A stretch of 64,000 nucleotides of DNA, taken from a virus. The stretch is taken from positions 6,317 to 70,316 of IMG/VR virus record IMGVR_UViG_3300048592_001404; one strand, written 5' to 3'. Shown one piece after another: positions 45,096 to 53,448 of the stretch. The position numbers and the translations under genes were made by a program. Numbering within the stretch: the stretch's first letter is position 1; each line of letters begins with the position of its first letter. The notes below the pieces were generated by a model. That model was not told the DNA's origin, did not search any database, and saw only the letters and a program-made list of their open reading frames with translations.

Positions 45096-46046
45096 CTATG
45101 CGCGCCACTTTATGCCCGCTTGCTTCGCGTAGCCGCGTATCCAGTCCGCAACGGTCCGCTGCTCCCGCTCAATGCCTTCGTCGCTCAACATGGCGCAGAA
45201 GTGCTTGGCCGCTTTTTCAGCGCTGGGGAACTTGGTGGGGTCCTCCGCGAACCACTCCAGTACCCGGGCTTTGATTTCCCGGTTTTGCTCGTGCCGGACA
45301 TTGTTCCGCGCAGCAGATTGTTCTTTGCGACGTTGAATATCTTTCTCGATAAACTCCGCCCTCACCTGTTCGGCTATCGTCTGCAAACTGGATTCAGCGC
45401 CCTGATCACGCTTCTTCAGTTCTTCGATCTTCTTTTCATATCGATCGGTGAGATCCTCCTTCGCGCGGAGCAACTCGGCTCGTCCCACCGCATCCTGGGC
45501 TCCAATGAGGTTCTCAGCAGCAGCACGATAGTCTGCTGCAGTGAAATCCTTCGGGTCCCGCTTTAGACTTTCTCCACTACTGGAGTCGTATTTGAATTTC
45601 CAATCACGCACAAAGTCATCCAACTTCGAAAGAGCGAAGCAAGCCAAGTATTCGTATTCTCTGACATCCAGCGCTTCGGAACTGGACGGATCGAAGAATG
45701 AGTCCAAGGCCTCCATGAGCGCATCGAGCTCTGAGGTATTCCCTCGGTTACGAATGTCATATTCATCGTATGCGTCACTGTGAATACCGCTGCTGTAGTG
45801 TTCCCCGTCCTCAAAAAGATCAACGCGACCGTCCCGCCGAATTAGATCCTCTAATCTGTCACGTTCGCTGTCGAAAAACACATCAATTGTCGAAGCGACA
45901 TCGCGAGCAATTTCAACGATTTCTTCCCGCGTCCGCCGCCGAACAAGAGAGCGTGCACGCCAAAGAATGCCGTAAGCACTCTGATGAGCTGGCCAGTAAG
46001 GTAACTGGTCGGATGTCGGGTCGAAGTACCTAAACCAGGGTGCCAA
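45096..46046 (-). CDS. Hypothetical protein with C-terminal HTH-like segment
   Basis: 316 aa, TTG start with GGAGG RBS, coiled coil then FPSAEKAA...QRTVADWIR. Confidence 0.8.
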   Translation of the reverse strand: MAPWFRYFDPTSDQLPYWPAHQSAYGILWRARSLVRRRTREEIVEIARDVASTIDVFFDSERDRLEDLIRRDGRVDLFEDGEHYSSGIHSDAYDEYDIRNRGNTSELDALMEALDSFFDPSSSEALDVREYEYLACFALSKLDDFVRDWKFKYDSSSGESLKRDPKDFTAADYRAAAENLIGAQDAVGRAELLRAKEDLTDRYEKKIEELKKRDQGAESSLQTIAEQVRAEFIEKDIQRRKEQSAARNNVRHEQNREIKARVLEWFAEDPTKFPSAEKAAKHFCAMLSDEGIEREQRTVADWIRGYAKQAGIKWRA

Positions 46047-46191
46047 CTCATACCTCCATAGGCCCGGATTTCTGCGGCCACGAGAGGTAGAGTAGCCGAG
46101 ATATTTCGGGGTTGAAAAGAGCGCCTATATCAATCCGGAGGTGGGCCCGTATTCGTCAGCGCACATTTTCCTGCGGGGCCGACGGTGGCGA

Positions 46192-46231
46192 TGTCCCGTA
46201 ATAGCTTAGCGGATGGCTTTTCCCTTTCAGA
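46192..46231 (+). promoter_or_regulatory. Candidate phage-sigma promoter, copy 2 (recombinase operon)
   Basis: TGTCCC-N17-GGCTTTTCCCTTTCAGA, 38 nt before ATG 46270. Confidence 0.7.
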
Positions 46232-46269
46232 TACGCCCAGTCCTTCTGGGTTTCTGATGGAGGCCGCCA

Positions 46270-46479
46270 ATGGAACGCCCGAACCCCCTCGACCCAGCCC
46301 GCATGACGCCCGCCGAACGCCTCGCCGAACTCGGCCGCACTCTCGCGGCTGGGTTCATTCGCATGAAGGCCCGCCAGTCCAGTCCTTTATCTGCTGACCG
46401 GGGAGAGAGTTCCGTCGACTTGTCCCCGCCACAGAGCGGTCATGCAACCCGCAACTCAGATAGAGGCATGACACGATGA
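46270..46479 (+). CDS. Small hypothetical protein preceding DUF2924
   Basis: PNPLDPARMTPAERLAELGRTLAAG; GGAGG RBS; ATGA coupling. Confidence 0.75.
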   Translation: MERPNPLDPARMTPAERLAELGRTLAAGFIRMKARQSSPLSADRGESSVDLSPPQSGHATRNSDRGMTR

Positions 46480-46919
46480 CTGATGCAGTACTGGCGCGGC
46501 TAGCCGCATTGAAGACCACCCCGACGCCCAAGCTGAAGGAGCAGTGGCGGCAATTGTTCGAGCGCGAGCCCCCCGCCTTCAACCGCCGTTACCTTGAAAG
46601 CCGCCTCGCCTACCGGATCCAGGAACTGGCCTATGGCGGCCTGAAGCCGGAGACGGTGCGGCGGCTGGAAAAGCTCGGCGAGGAACTGGACGGCGGCAGC
46701 AAGGCGAAGCGGCAGACGCGGGCGGACAGCAGGCCGATTTCCGGGACGCGCCTGATCCGGGAGTATCAGGGCGTCGAGCACTGCGTCACGGTGCGGGACA
46801 ATGATTTCGAATATCAGGGGCGACCCTACAATTCCCTTTCGGCAATTGCGCGAGCCATTACCGGCACGCAGTGGAACGGGGTAGTCTTCTTTGGGTTGAA
46901 ATCCGGGAGGCGCGCATGA
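46476..46919 (+). CDS. DUF2924 domain protein (candidate recombination directionality factor)
   Basis: LAYRIQELAYGGL...GTRLIREYQG..H.VTV...SLSAIARAITGTQWNG..FFGL. Confidence 0.92.
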   Translation: MTDAVLARLAALKTTPTPKLKEQWRQLFEREPPAFNRRYLESRLAYRIQELAYGGLKPETVRRLEKLGEELDGGSKAKRQTRADSRPISGTRLIREYQGVEHCVTVRDNDFEYQGRPYNSLSAIARAITGTQWNGVVFFGLKSGRRA

Positions 46920-48235
46920 CCAAGCCAGCTGCCCGAAAGTTTCGCTGCGCCGTCTACACCCGCAAATCTTCCGAGGAAGGTCTCGAGCAGGAGTTCAACA
47001 GCCTCGACGCCCAGCGCGAGGCCTGTGAGGCCTACATCGCCAGTCAGCGCTCCGAGGGCTGGGTGCTGGTGCGCGGCCATTATGATGATGGCGGGATTTC
47101 CGGCGGCACGCTAGACCGCCCTGCCCTCCAGCGGCTCCTTTCCGACATCGAGGACGGCCTCATCGATGTGGTCGTGGTCTACAAGATCGACCGCCTGTCG
47201 CGCTCGCTGATCGATTTTTCCAAGCTGGTGGAGGTCTTCGACCGGAACAACGTGACCTTCGTGTCCGTAACCCAGAGCTTCAATACCACCACCTCCATGG
47301 GGCGGCTCACCCTCAACATCCTGCTGTCCTTCGCCCAGTTCGAACGCGAGGTGACCGCCGAGCGTATCCGCGATAAGGTTCGCGCCAGCCGGATGAAGGG
47401 GATATTCATGGGCGGCACCCCGCCCTACGGCTACAAGCCGAAGGACCGGAAGCTGGTGATCGATGAAGAGGAAGCCAAGAACGTCCGCTGGATCTTCGCG
47501 CGCTTCCTCGAGATTGGCTCCGCCACGGAACTGGCGCGGGAGGTGTCGAAACGCGGCATCCGCACGCCGCGCGGCAACCCCATGAGCAAGAACTTCCTCT
47601 ACCGGATGCTGAACAACCGCGCCTACATCGGCGAGGCCGTCCATAAGGGCACAGGCTATGCGGGAGAGCACGAGCGCCTCATCGACCAGCGGACATGGGA
47701 GCAGGTTCAGTCCATCCTGCAACAAAGTCCCCGCCTCCGCGCCAGCAATACGCGTGCAGAGACACCGGCCCTGCTGAAGGGCCTGCTCTTCGGGCCGGAT
47801 GGTGCCGCCTTCTCGCCGACGCACACGCGCAAGGGCGACCGCCTCTATCGGTACTATGTCAGCCAGACAGTTCTGAAGCATGGCGCAGGCAAATGCCCCG
47901 TGGCGCGTGTGCCCGCCGCCGAGATCGAGGCCGCCGTCATCGGCCAGATCCGTGGCATGCTGCGCGCGCCGGAAGTGGTTATGTCCACTTGGCGGACGGC
48001 ACAGCCAGAATGTGAGGGCCTCGCGGAAGATGAGGTGCGCGAGGCTTTGGCTGCACTCGACCCGCTCTGGTCTGAACTCTTCCCTGCCGAGCAGGCCCGT
48101 ATCGTCCAGTTGCTGATCGAGCGCGTGGACATCGGCACAGATGGTCTGAGACTCAGGTTCAGAGACAAGGGGCTGGCGCAGATGGTGACGGAGGTCGGCA
48201 TTATTACCGGCAAGAGCCGAAAGGCGGCGGCATGA
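46916..48235 (+). CDS. Large serine recombinase (integrase)
   Basis: CAVYTRKS catalytic motif, YDDGGISG, VYKIDRLSRS, recombinase domain. Confidence 0.95.
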   Translation: MTKPAARKFRCAVYTRKSSEEGLEQEFNSLDAQREACEAYIASQRSEGWVLVRGHYDDGGISGGTLDRPALQRLLSDIEDGLIDVVVVYKIDRLSRSLIDFSKLVEVFDRNNVTFVSVTQSFNTTTSMGRLTLNILLSFAQFEREVTAERIRDKVRASRMKGIFMGGTPPYGYKPKDRKLVIDEEEAKNVRWIFARFLEIGSATELAREVSKRGIRTPRGNPMSKNFLYRMLNNRAYIGEAVHKGTGYAGEHERLIDQRTWEQVQSILQQSPRLRASNTRAETPALLKGLLFGPDGAAFSPTHTRKGDRLYRYYVSQTVLKHGAGKCPVARVPAAEIEAAVIGQIRGMLRAPEVVMSTWRTAQPECEGLAEDEVREALAALDPLWSELFPAEQARIVQLLIERVDIGTDGLRLRFRDKGLAQMVTEVGIITGKSRKAAA

Positions 48236-48615
48236 CAGAACAGACCACTACCGTCATGGTGCCATTCGCCATCCGCAAGCGAGGCGGACGGAAGATTGTC
48301 ATCACGCCGGACGGCACCGCGTCGACGCCGGCACCAAGGGCACGGGTCGATAGCGCCCTGCTCAAGGCTCTCGCCCGCGGCTTTCGCTGGCGCAAGCTGC
48401 TGGAGACCGGCGACTACGCCACCATCCAGGAAATCGCTGACGCGGAGAACATCAACTCATCCTACGTCAGCCGCGTGCTGCGCATGACGCTGCTGGCGCC
48501 GGAGATCGTGGAGGCCATACTGGCCGGGCGGCAGCCGGAGGGGCTGACGATGGCGCGGGCGATGCAGGCATTTCCCAATGTCTGGGCCTACCAACGAAAG
48601 GTATGGCACTTGTAA
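48232..48615 (+). CDS. Recombinase-associated HTH protein
   Basis: RKRGGRK...LKALARGFRW...YVSRVLRMTLLAPEIVEAILAGRQP. Confidence 0.85.
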   Translation: MTEQTTTVMVPFAIRKRGGRKIVITPDGTASTPAPRARVDSALLKALARGFRWRKLLETGDYATIQEIADAENINSSYVSRVLRMTLLAPEIVEAILAGRQPEGLTMARAMQAFPNVWAYQRKVWHL

Positions 48616-48630
48616 ATAGCGTCTGCGTCG

Positions 48631-49278
48631 CTAGCGACACGACCGAACAATGGGTAACGCCGCAGCCCATGTGTCAGGGATTGATTGCCAGGCCGAAGGC
48701 CGTGATGCCCGCACGATCGGGGAGGGATGAGGAGACTGGAGTACAGGAATTCCCCTTCCTTCCAGATGAGAACGTGCCCGGGCAGCCTTCCTGCCCACCA
48801 GCACGACGACCCGCAAGTTCTCCATCAGTTTGAGCAATTCATCGAGTGCCGTCGTGCCCGCATGAAGCTCTTCCGCTTTGATTGCGCGCGTGCCATTCCA
48901 CCACGGCACCATGTTCCACACCGTCGTAAGGCGCCGATCCAGTCCGGCCTTACGCATGAAAAGAAAAGTTGCCTCCGCAGTGGGGTCGTCGTTGTCGCGG
49001 GATATGAAGCCGGACCCTTTTCTCTCCTGTCCACGCCAGAGCGACGTCATCGGACCCGGCTTCTCGAAGAGAAAAAGCACCTTTGCCGTGTGGCCTCCGT
49101 CCAACGGATCAAAGTCCGGCACCTCTCCCCGCCCCATGGCTCTCAGGCGCATGACATAATCCGCAAGCGTCCGGGCACTCTGCTCCGCCAAGAGCTCACG
49201 TCTTTTGGCGACGGCAGTCGGATCTCGCAATGACCTGGGCTCATTCGGAGCAGGAAGCATGGCTATTGAACTATCCAC
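48631..49278 (-). CDS. Uracil-DNA glycosylase superfamily protein
   Basis: VLFLFEKPGP, WNMVPW, VVVLVGRKA, HPSP motifs. Confidence 0.85.
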   Translation of the reverse strand: MDSSIAMLPAPNEPRSLRDPTAVAKRRELLAEQSARTLADYVMRLRAMGRGEVPDFDPLDGGHTAKVLFLFEKPGPMTSLWRGQERKGSGFISRDNDDPTAEATFLFMRKAGLDRRLTTVWNMVPWWNGTRAIKAEELHAGTTALDELLKLMENLRVVVLVGRKAARARSHLEGRGIPVLQSPHPSPIVRASRPSAWQSIPDTWAAALPIVRSCR

Positions 49279-49322
49279 TATTCAGCCAGTTTCTTCTTCT
49301 GCAGGTAGTATGCACAGCGTTT

Positions 49323-50018
49323 TCACTGGTGACTTTCGAGCAATGTGCTGACCCACCTCGGCACCACTTCGGTCGCGAGCCCCAGTATGACGTTGCGGGC
49401 CCGGCTTGCGACAGCTGAAGGCTCGAGATTCAATTCGACCGTGTCGGCACCATTATCGTGAGCGAGCTTCATGAACTCCGATGCCGGACTCACCTGGCCC
49501 GAACTTCCGATCATTGCGAACAGGTCGGCCTTCCGGATCTCCGACTCGATCTCGGAGAGGAAACGTACCGGCTCGCCGAACCAGACCACATCTGGGCGGC
49601 ACCCTTTGGCCCAGCAGCTGGGGCAGCGTCCCTGTGCGGTCATGACGGCTGGGGCAGGCCAAGTAGATGAGCAATAGTTACACCTCGCCTTGTCCAGTTC
49701 GCCGTGCATCTGCAGGACGTTCCTCGATCCCGCCCGCTGATGAAGGTCATCGACATTCTGAGTGACAATCAGCACCTTCCCGGCATGCCGCGCCTCAAGC
49801 TCTGCGAGCGCCAGGTGTGCGCTGTTGGGTTGAGCCTTGCGGCAGTTGGCACGGCGCATGTTGTAGAAATCGTGAACCAGCCCGGGATTACGCGCAAAGG
49901 CCTGAGGTGTCGCGACGTCCTCGAGATTATAGTTCGACCACATCCCGTCCTGATCCCGGAAGGTGCCCAGACCGGATTCGGCGGAAATGCCGGCACCTGT
50001 GAGAATGACGATGTTCAG
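49323..50018 (-). CDS. cobB: Sir2-family NAD-dependent deacylase (CobB-like), CTG start or frameshifted 5' end
   Basis: NIVILTGAGISAESGLGTFRD, TQNVDDLH, MHG, Zn-binding Cys pairs, RPDVVWFGE. Confidence 0.85.
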   Translation of the reverse strand: MNIVILTGAGISAESGLGTFRDQDGMWSNYNLEDVATPQAFARNPGLVHDFYNMRRANCRKAQPNSAHLALAELEARHAGKVLIVTQNVDDLHQRAGSRNVLQMHGELDKARCNYCSSTWPAPAVMTAQGRCPSCWAKGCRPDVVWFGEPVRFLSEIESEIRKADLFAMIGSSGQVSPASEFMKLAHDNGADTVELNLEPSAVASRARNVILGLATEVVPRWVSTLLESHQ

Positions 50019-50069
50019 GGGGCTCTCCTACTTCTTTTGGCATCCGCGAGTAGCACGTGATTTCCCCGG

Positions 50070-51035
50070 TCAAACGATCATTCGATGCTCACCAAATGGC
50101 AACTCAAGATGCCTTTCCACGGTGCCGGCAACTTTTAGAATGCGATGCAGATCTAATTGGTCGAAGGCACATTTGTAGCGGTCCAGATAGCTCTCGCTGC
50201 GAGGCGTCACGCCGGTTCGCTTTGCAACAAGGTAGGCCACTGTTTCGGCTTCCACCTCGCGCAACGCCAAATCTGCCGGACGATTGAACTTAACGCCACG
50301 CTTCTCATCGCCACCGCAATGTCCCAGGTAGATGTGCGCCATCTCATGTGCGAGGTTAACGAGCTGTGATGCAGGTGGATGGTTGCGGTTAACACCGACT
50401 TCAAATGTCTCTAGCCGGAAATTGTCACCATGGTCTGTAAGTCGCCGGGCATGGCCAGCGGTGTAATCTCCACGATCAAGCCAGTGTATACGGATACTTA
50501 CGCGACCAAGAACCTGCTCGGCTCGCGACAGCCAATCAGCTGGAACGTCTCCATACGTGGGGAAGGAAAACACAGCCTCCGGCAGCGGATCACCTTCGGT
50601 GTCGAGAATGTCATAGACGAATTCGACAGGACCAAAGTTTCTTAGAACAACCAGTGGTCGCGCGTATGGCTTGGGCCGTCTTCCGAAACGCACCTGCCAT
50701 TCCCTTGGTCTGGCAGCGAAACTCAAGCCTGGCTTCTGGATATGCAGAAGCATCGCATTGAACGGCGCGATGTGACGAAGCCGCGCGACGAACGCAAGTA
50801 ACTCCTTCAGATCTGATGCGGAATTGTAGAGCCGCGTATCGGCAACCAATTGATCGACAAGCGCGCGATCTCGAATATGCTCAGCTTCATCAGCCGCATC
50901 AAAAAGATCCGCCTCTGGTGAATCAATCGGCTTTGCGGATAGGGTCTGGGGGAAGAAATCTACTTGCTCGTCAACCCGTTTTTTCTGCCTCGGGCGCCTA
51001 GGAGCAATCCATCTCTGTGGTGTCGGCCTAGCCAT
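50070..51035 (-). CDS. ArdC-N-like plus zincin metallopeptidase (ImmA/IrrE-like)
   Basis: PFNAMLLHIQ N-domain; HEMAH and EVEAETVAY. Confidence 0.78.
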   Translation of the reverse strand: MARPTPQRWIAPRRPRQKKRVDEQVDFFPQTLSAKPIDSPEADLFDAADEAEHIRDRALVDQLVADTRLYNSASDLKELLAFVARLRHIAPFNAMLLHIQKPGLSFAARPREWQVRFGRRPKPYARPLVVLRNFGPVEFVYDILDTEGDPLPEAVFSFPTYGDVPADWLSRAEQVLGRVSIRIHWLDRGDYTAGHARRLTDHGDNFRLETFEVGVNRNHPPASQLVNLAHEMAHIYLGHCGGDEKRGVKFNRPADLALREVEAETVAYLVAKRTGVTPRSESYLDRYKCAFDQLDLHRILKVAGTVERHLELPFGEHRMIV

Positions 51036-51318
51036 CTCATATTTCCGTTTCCGCTGATTTGAAGCGATAGGAAAGTCTCTGCCATGCCGTGAAGCGTGCT
51101 AGCGACAACCAATACAGCTACGCACCCCGGCAACTTCAATACCATAACAAAAGGAAAGCAGTTCGTCAGGACAGATCTTCACAATCAACAATCGGCGCCA
51201 CCGGAACTGAGGTAGTTAGTGTGGCCTCCTCCGGCGACATTCTTCCAGTGCAATTAAGAAGCTACCACCCAATCACGGCGCGCCCCGAACGCGGCTACCA
51301 ACGAAAGAAACGAGGCAA

Positions 51319-52356
51319 TCATAACCCGGGTTCATCTGGCGGGGACAAAGCCATCGGGATTGTTTCACCATAGCGCGGATGTATCTGATCTAGTTTATCT
51401 AAGAAATCGTTATAGCCCTTGCTCAATTTCATAATCGTTACAACCGACGCCAGGTGTTCCCTGAGTTTTGGATGCCCAATACTCGGGGTGAGATTTCTGA
51501 AGAAATGATGCTTCCGACGACCGTCTTCCCTCTTGGGCACCGTCCTCTTCAATTCTTCCAGCACGCCAGGCGCAAGCCTGCGATACACGATGTCATTGGT
51601 GAGATGGCCAAAATACTGGGGGCGCTTTACTTTGTCCTGGGGAAAGCTCAATCCTCTCAATCGGAAGAGCTGCTCGTAGAATTCGTTAGGAAAGGTCAGG
51701 ATCCACGGCTGCAACTCCTTAGCAATAAAGGCCTCAAGAATGGTTGCAAGCGCATCAACAGCGCGATCTCTCTGGAAGCCTGTTGCCTCGTCGACTAATG
51801 CAATAATGCCAACATTGGCCAGTGCGCGAACAAGGATATCGGCCGCTGCCACCATTGCCTGATATCTCGCTGGCACCGCTCCCTTTTCGCGGATGGCTGC
51901 GTCTCTCATCTGTAGGTAGACGTCGGCAACTTGCGGCAATAGTCGCGCGTCATACCCCACCCCCTTGCCGCCTGACTTGGTCCGGTAGAAAATGGGGTTC
52001 GTCGACTGCGCTAATTCTTCCGAAATGAAGGGGTTCAAGGCATCTGCCTGCAGAAAGAATGGCAGTTGGTCGACTGTGGACAGAACACCTGTTCCTGCTT
52101 TCGGAGAGCGACTGCGGCCAAGCGCGCGCAGAAATGTTGCTTGTGTGATGATGCGCGATCCATTTGGCAACACCGCACAAGAAATCTGCGCTCCGCCAAT
52201 GCTAAACTCCCCCTCGTAGGCCGCTTCAGGCAAATCTCCACCCCACCGGGTTTCAGCAGCTCTTTTTGCAATTTCGGCACGTCTCTCGGGCGTCAGCGAG
52301 TTTGCACGCGCTTTTGCTGCTTTAACTTTGGCATCATTCTTTGGCTCACTGATCAT
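51319..52356 (-). CDS. P63C domain protein
   Basis: ARANSLTPERRAEIAKRAA..RW; GIIALVDEATGFQ..R; F..EFYEQLFRL; TNDIVYRRL. Confidence 0.9.
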   Translation of the reverse strand: MISEPKNDAKVKAAKARANSLTPERRAEIAKRAAETRWGGDLPEAAYEGEFSIGGAQISCAVLPNGSRIITQATFLRALGRSRSPKAGTGVLSTVDQLPFFLQADALNPFISEELAQSTNPIFYRTKSGGKGVGYDARLLPQVADVYLQMRDAAIREKGAVPARYQAMVAAADILVRALANVGIIALVDEATGFQRDRAVDALATILEAFIAKELQPWILTFPNEFYEQLFRLRGLSFPQDKVKRPQYFGHLTNDIVYRRLAPGVLEELKRTVPKREDGRRKHHFFRNLTPSIGHPKLREHLASVVTIMKLSKGYNDFLDKLDQIHPRYGETIPMALSPPDEPGL

Positions 52357-52367
52357 TTATTTGTTCC

Positions 52368-52432
52368 ATGCTAGCAACATTTTGTCTTTTATGCTTGCGC
52401 GGAGTATATTGCAAGCATATTCTTGCAAGCAT
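52368..52432. promoter_or_regulatory. Four ATGCTTGCAA-type boxes between divergent P63C and WYL genes
   Basis: ATGCTAGCAA 52368, ATGCTTGCGC 52391, TTGCAAGCAT 52409 and 52423. Confidence 0.65.
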
Positions 52433-52575
52433 GAAATGGGTCGCCGCGCACAACAACTGCCGCTCCGCGTCATGTTGGGCTCGCCTCAGTCGGCCAAAGC
52501 TATTGACAGCTGACTTAGATCAGAATAGAAACACGATGGATCACTAAACACGACCCATCGCGGGATTTTGGTCAA

Positions 52576-53448
52576 ATGGTTGCCGCAGACACAAAGGGAT
52601 TTCGTTGGGGAGTCGAGCGAAGGCTTGAGTTCGTCGAATTCCGTTTGTTCTGGGAGGGCGGCGTCAACCGATCTGATATCGTTGACGAGTTCGGCGTGTC
52701 GGTTCCCCAAGCTTCCAAGGACCTGGCACTCTATCAGGAGCAGGCACCCGGCAATATTGTCTACGATCGTAGCGAAAAGCGATACTTTGCTTCCGATTCG
52801 TTTCAGCCGAAGTTCATCGAACTGGACGCAGCGGACTATCTGGATCGGCTGGCGCCGCCTACAGCCACTGGCCCCAGTTCGGACGGCAGTGATCACAGCA
52901 CGCTTATTGCCGACAGGCTACCTATTCCCCAACGGCATATTGCGCCCAATTCGCTGCGGCGCTTGCTGGCAGCCGTGCGCGGAAATCGCTCAATTGAGAT
53001 TCTCTACCAGTCAATGAGTGCTGCGCATCCGGAACTGCTTTGGAGGCGGGTGTCGCCTCATGCATTTGCGAGCGACGGGCTTCGGTGGCATACTCGGGCT
53101 TATTGCCATATCGATCAGAAGTTCAAGGACTTCATTCTGTCCCGCTGCTTGGATTGCCGAGACCTAGGCGAAGCAGGAAGCAGTGCGGGATATGATGAGC
53201 TTTGGAATTCTCTTTTCCAAGTCATATTGATCCCGAATCCAGCATTGACGTCGGGCCGACAGGAGGTTGTCGCCCAGGACTTCGCCATGGTGGATGGGCG
53301 CGTTGTCGTACCAGTTCGCCGCGCCATGTTGTATTACTTCAGCAAGAGGTTGCGCCTGGATTTGGCGTCAGGCGATCCAAGAGAAACTCCGGTTGTCATT
53401 GCCAATCGCGAGGAGTTTGACGCCGCCCTTTCGGAGGCGATGCGATGA
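52576..53448 (+). CDS. WYL-domain transcriptional regulator (CapW/BrxR-like)
   Basis: RLEFVEFRLFWEG.VNRSD...FGVSVPQASKDL wHTH; YQSMS; RWHTRAYC; DFILSR. Confidence 0.92.
   Translation: MVAADTKGFRWGVERRLEFVEFRLFWEGGVNRSDIVDEFGVSVPQASKDLALYQEQAPGNIVYDRSEKRYFASDSFQPKFIELDAADYLDRLAPPTATGPSSDGSDHSTLIADRLPIPQRHIAPNSLRRLLAAVRGNRSIEILYQSMSAAHPELLWRRVSPHAFASDGLRWHTRAYCHIDQKFKDFILSRCLDCRDLGEAGSSAGYDELWNSLFQVILIPNPALTSGRQEVVAQDFAMVDGRVVVPVRRAMLYYFSKRLRLDLASGDPRETPVVIANREEFDAALSEAMR

Larger units (their letters stand above)
1..48615. mobile_element. Temperate prophage (lambda-like head, P2-like contractile tail, primase-helicase replicon, serine recombinase); left end outside window, att sites not identified
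   Basis: Contiguous co-oriented lysis, tail, baseplate, head, packaging and replication genes ending in a DUF2924 + recombinase module. Confidence 0.93.

Noticed and set aside
48600-48640. attR at the recombinase module end
   Set aside because: No matching repeat or tRNA in the window; the defence island may lie inside the element.
49323-50018. Thoeris/DSR-type Sir2 NADase system
   Set aside because: Motifs and size fit a CobB deacylase; no TIR, HerA or pAgo partner nearby.
51036-51318. ncRNA in the 280-bp gap between metallopeptidase and P63C
   Set aside because: No convincing stems, terminator or known motif seen by eye.
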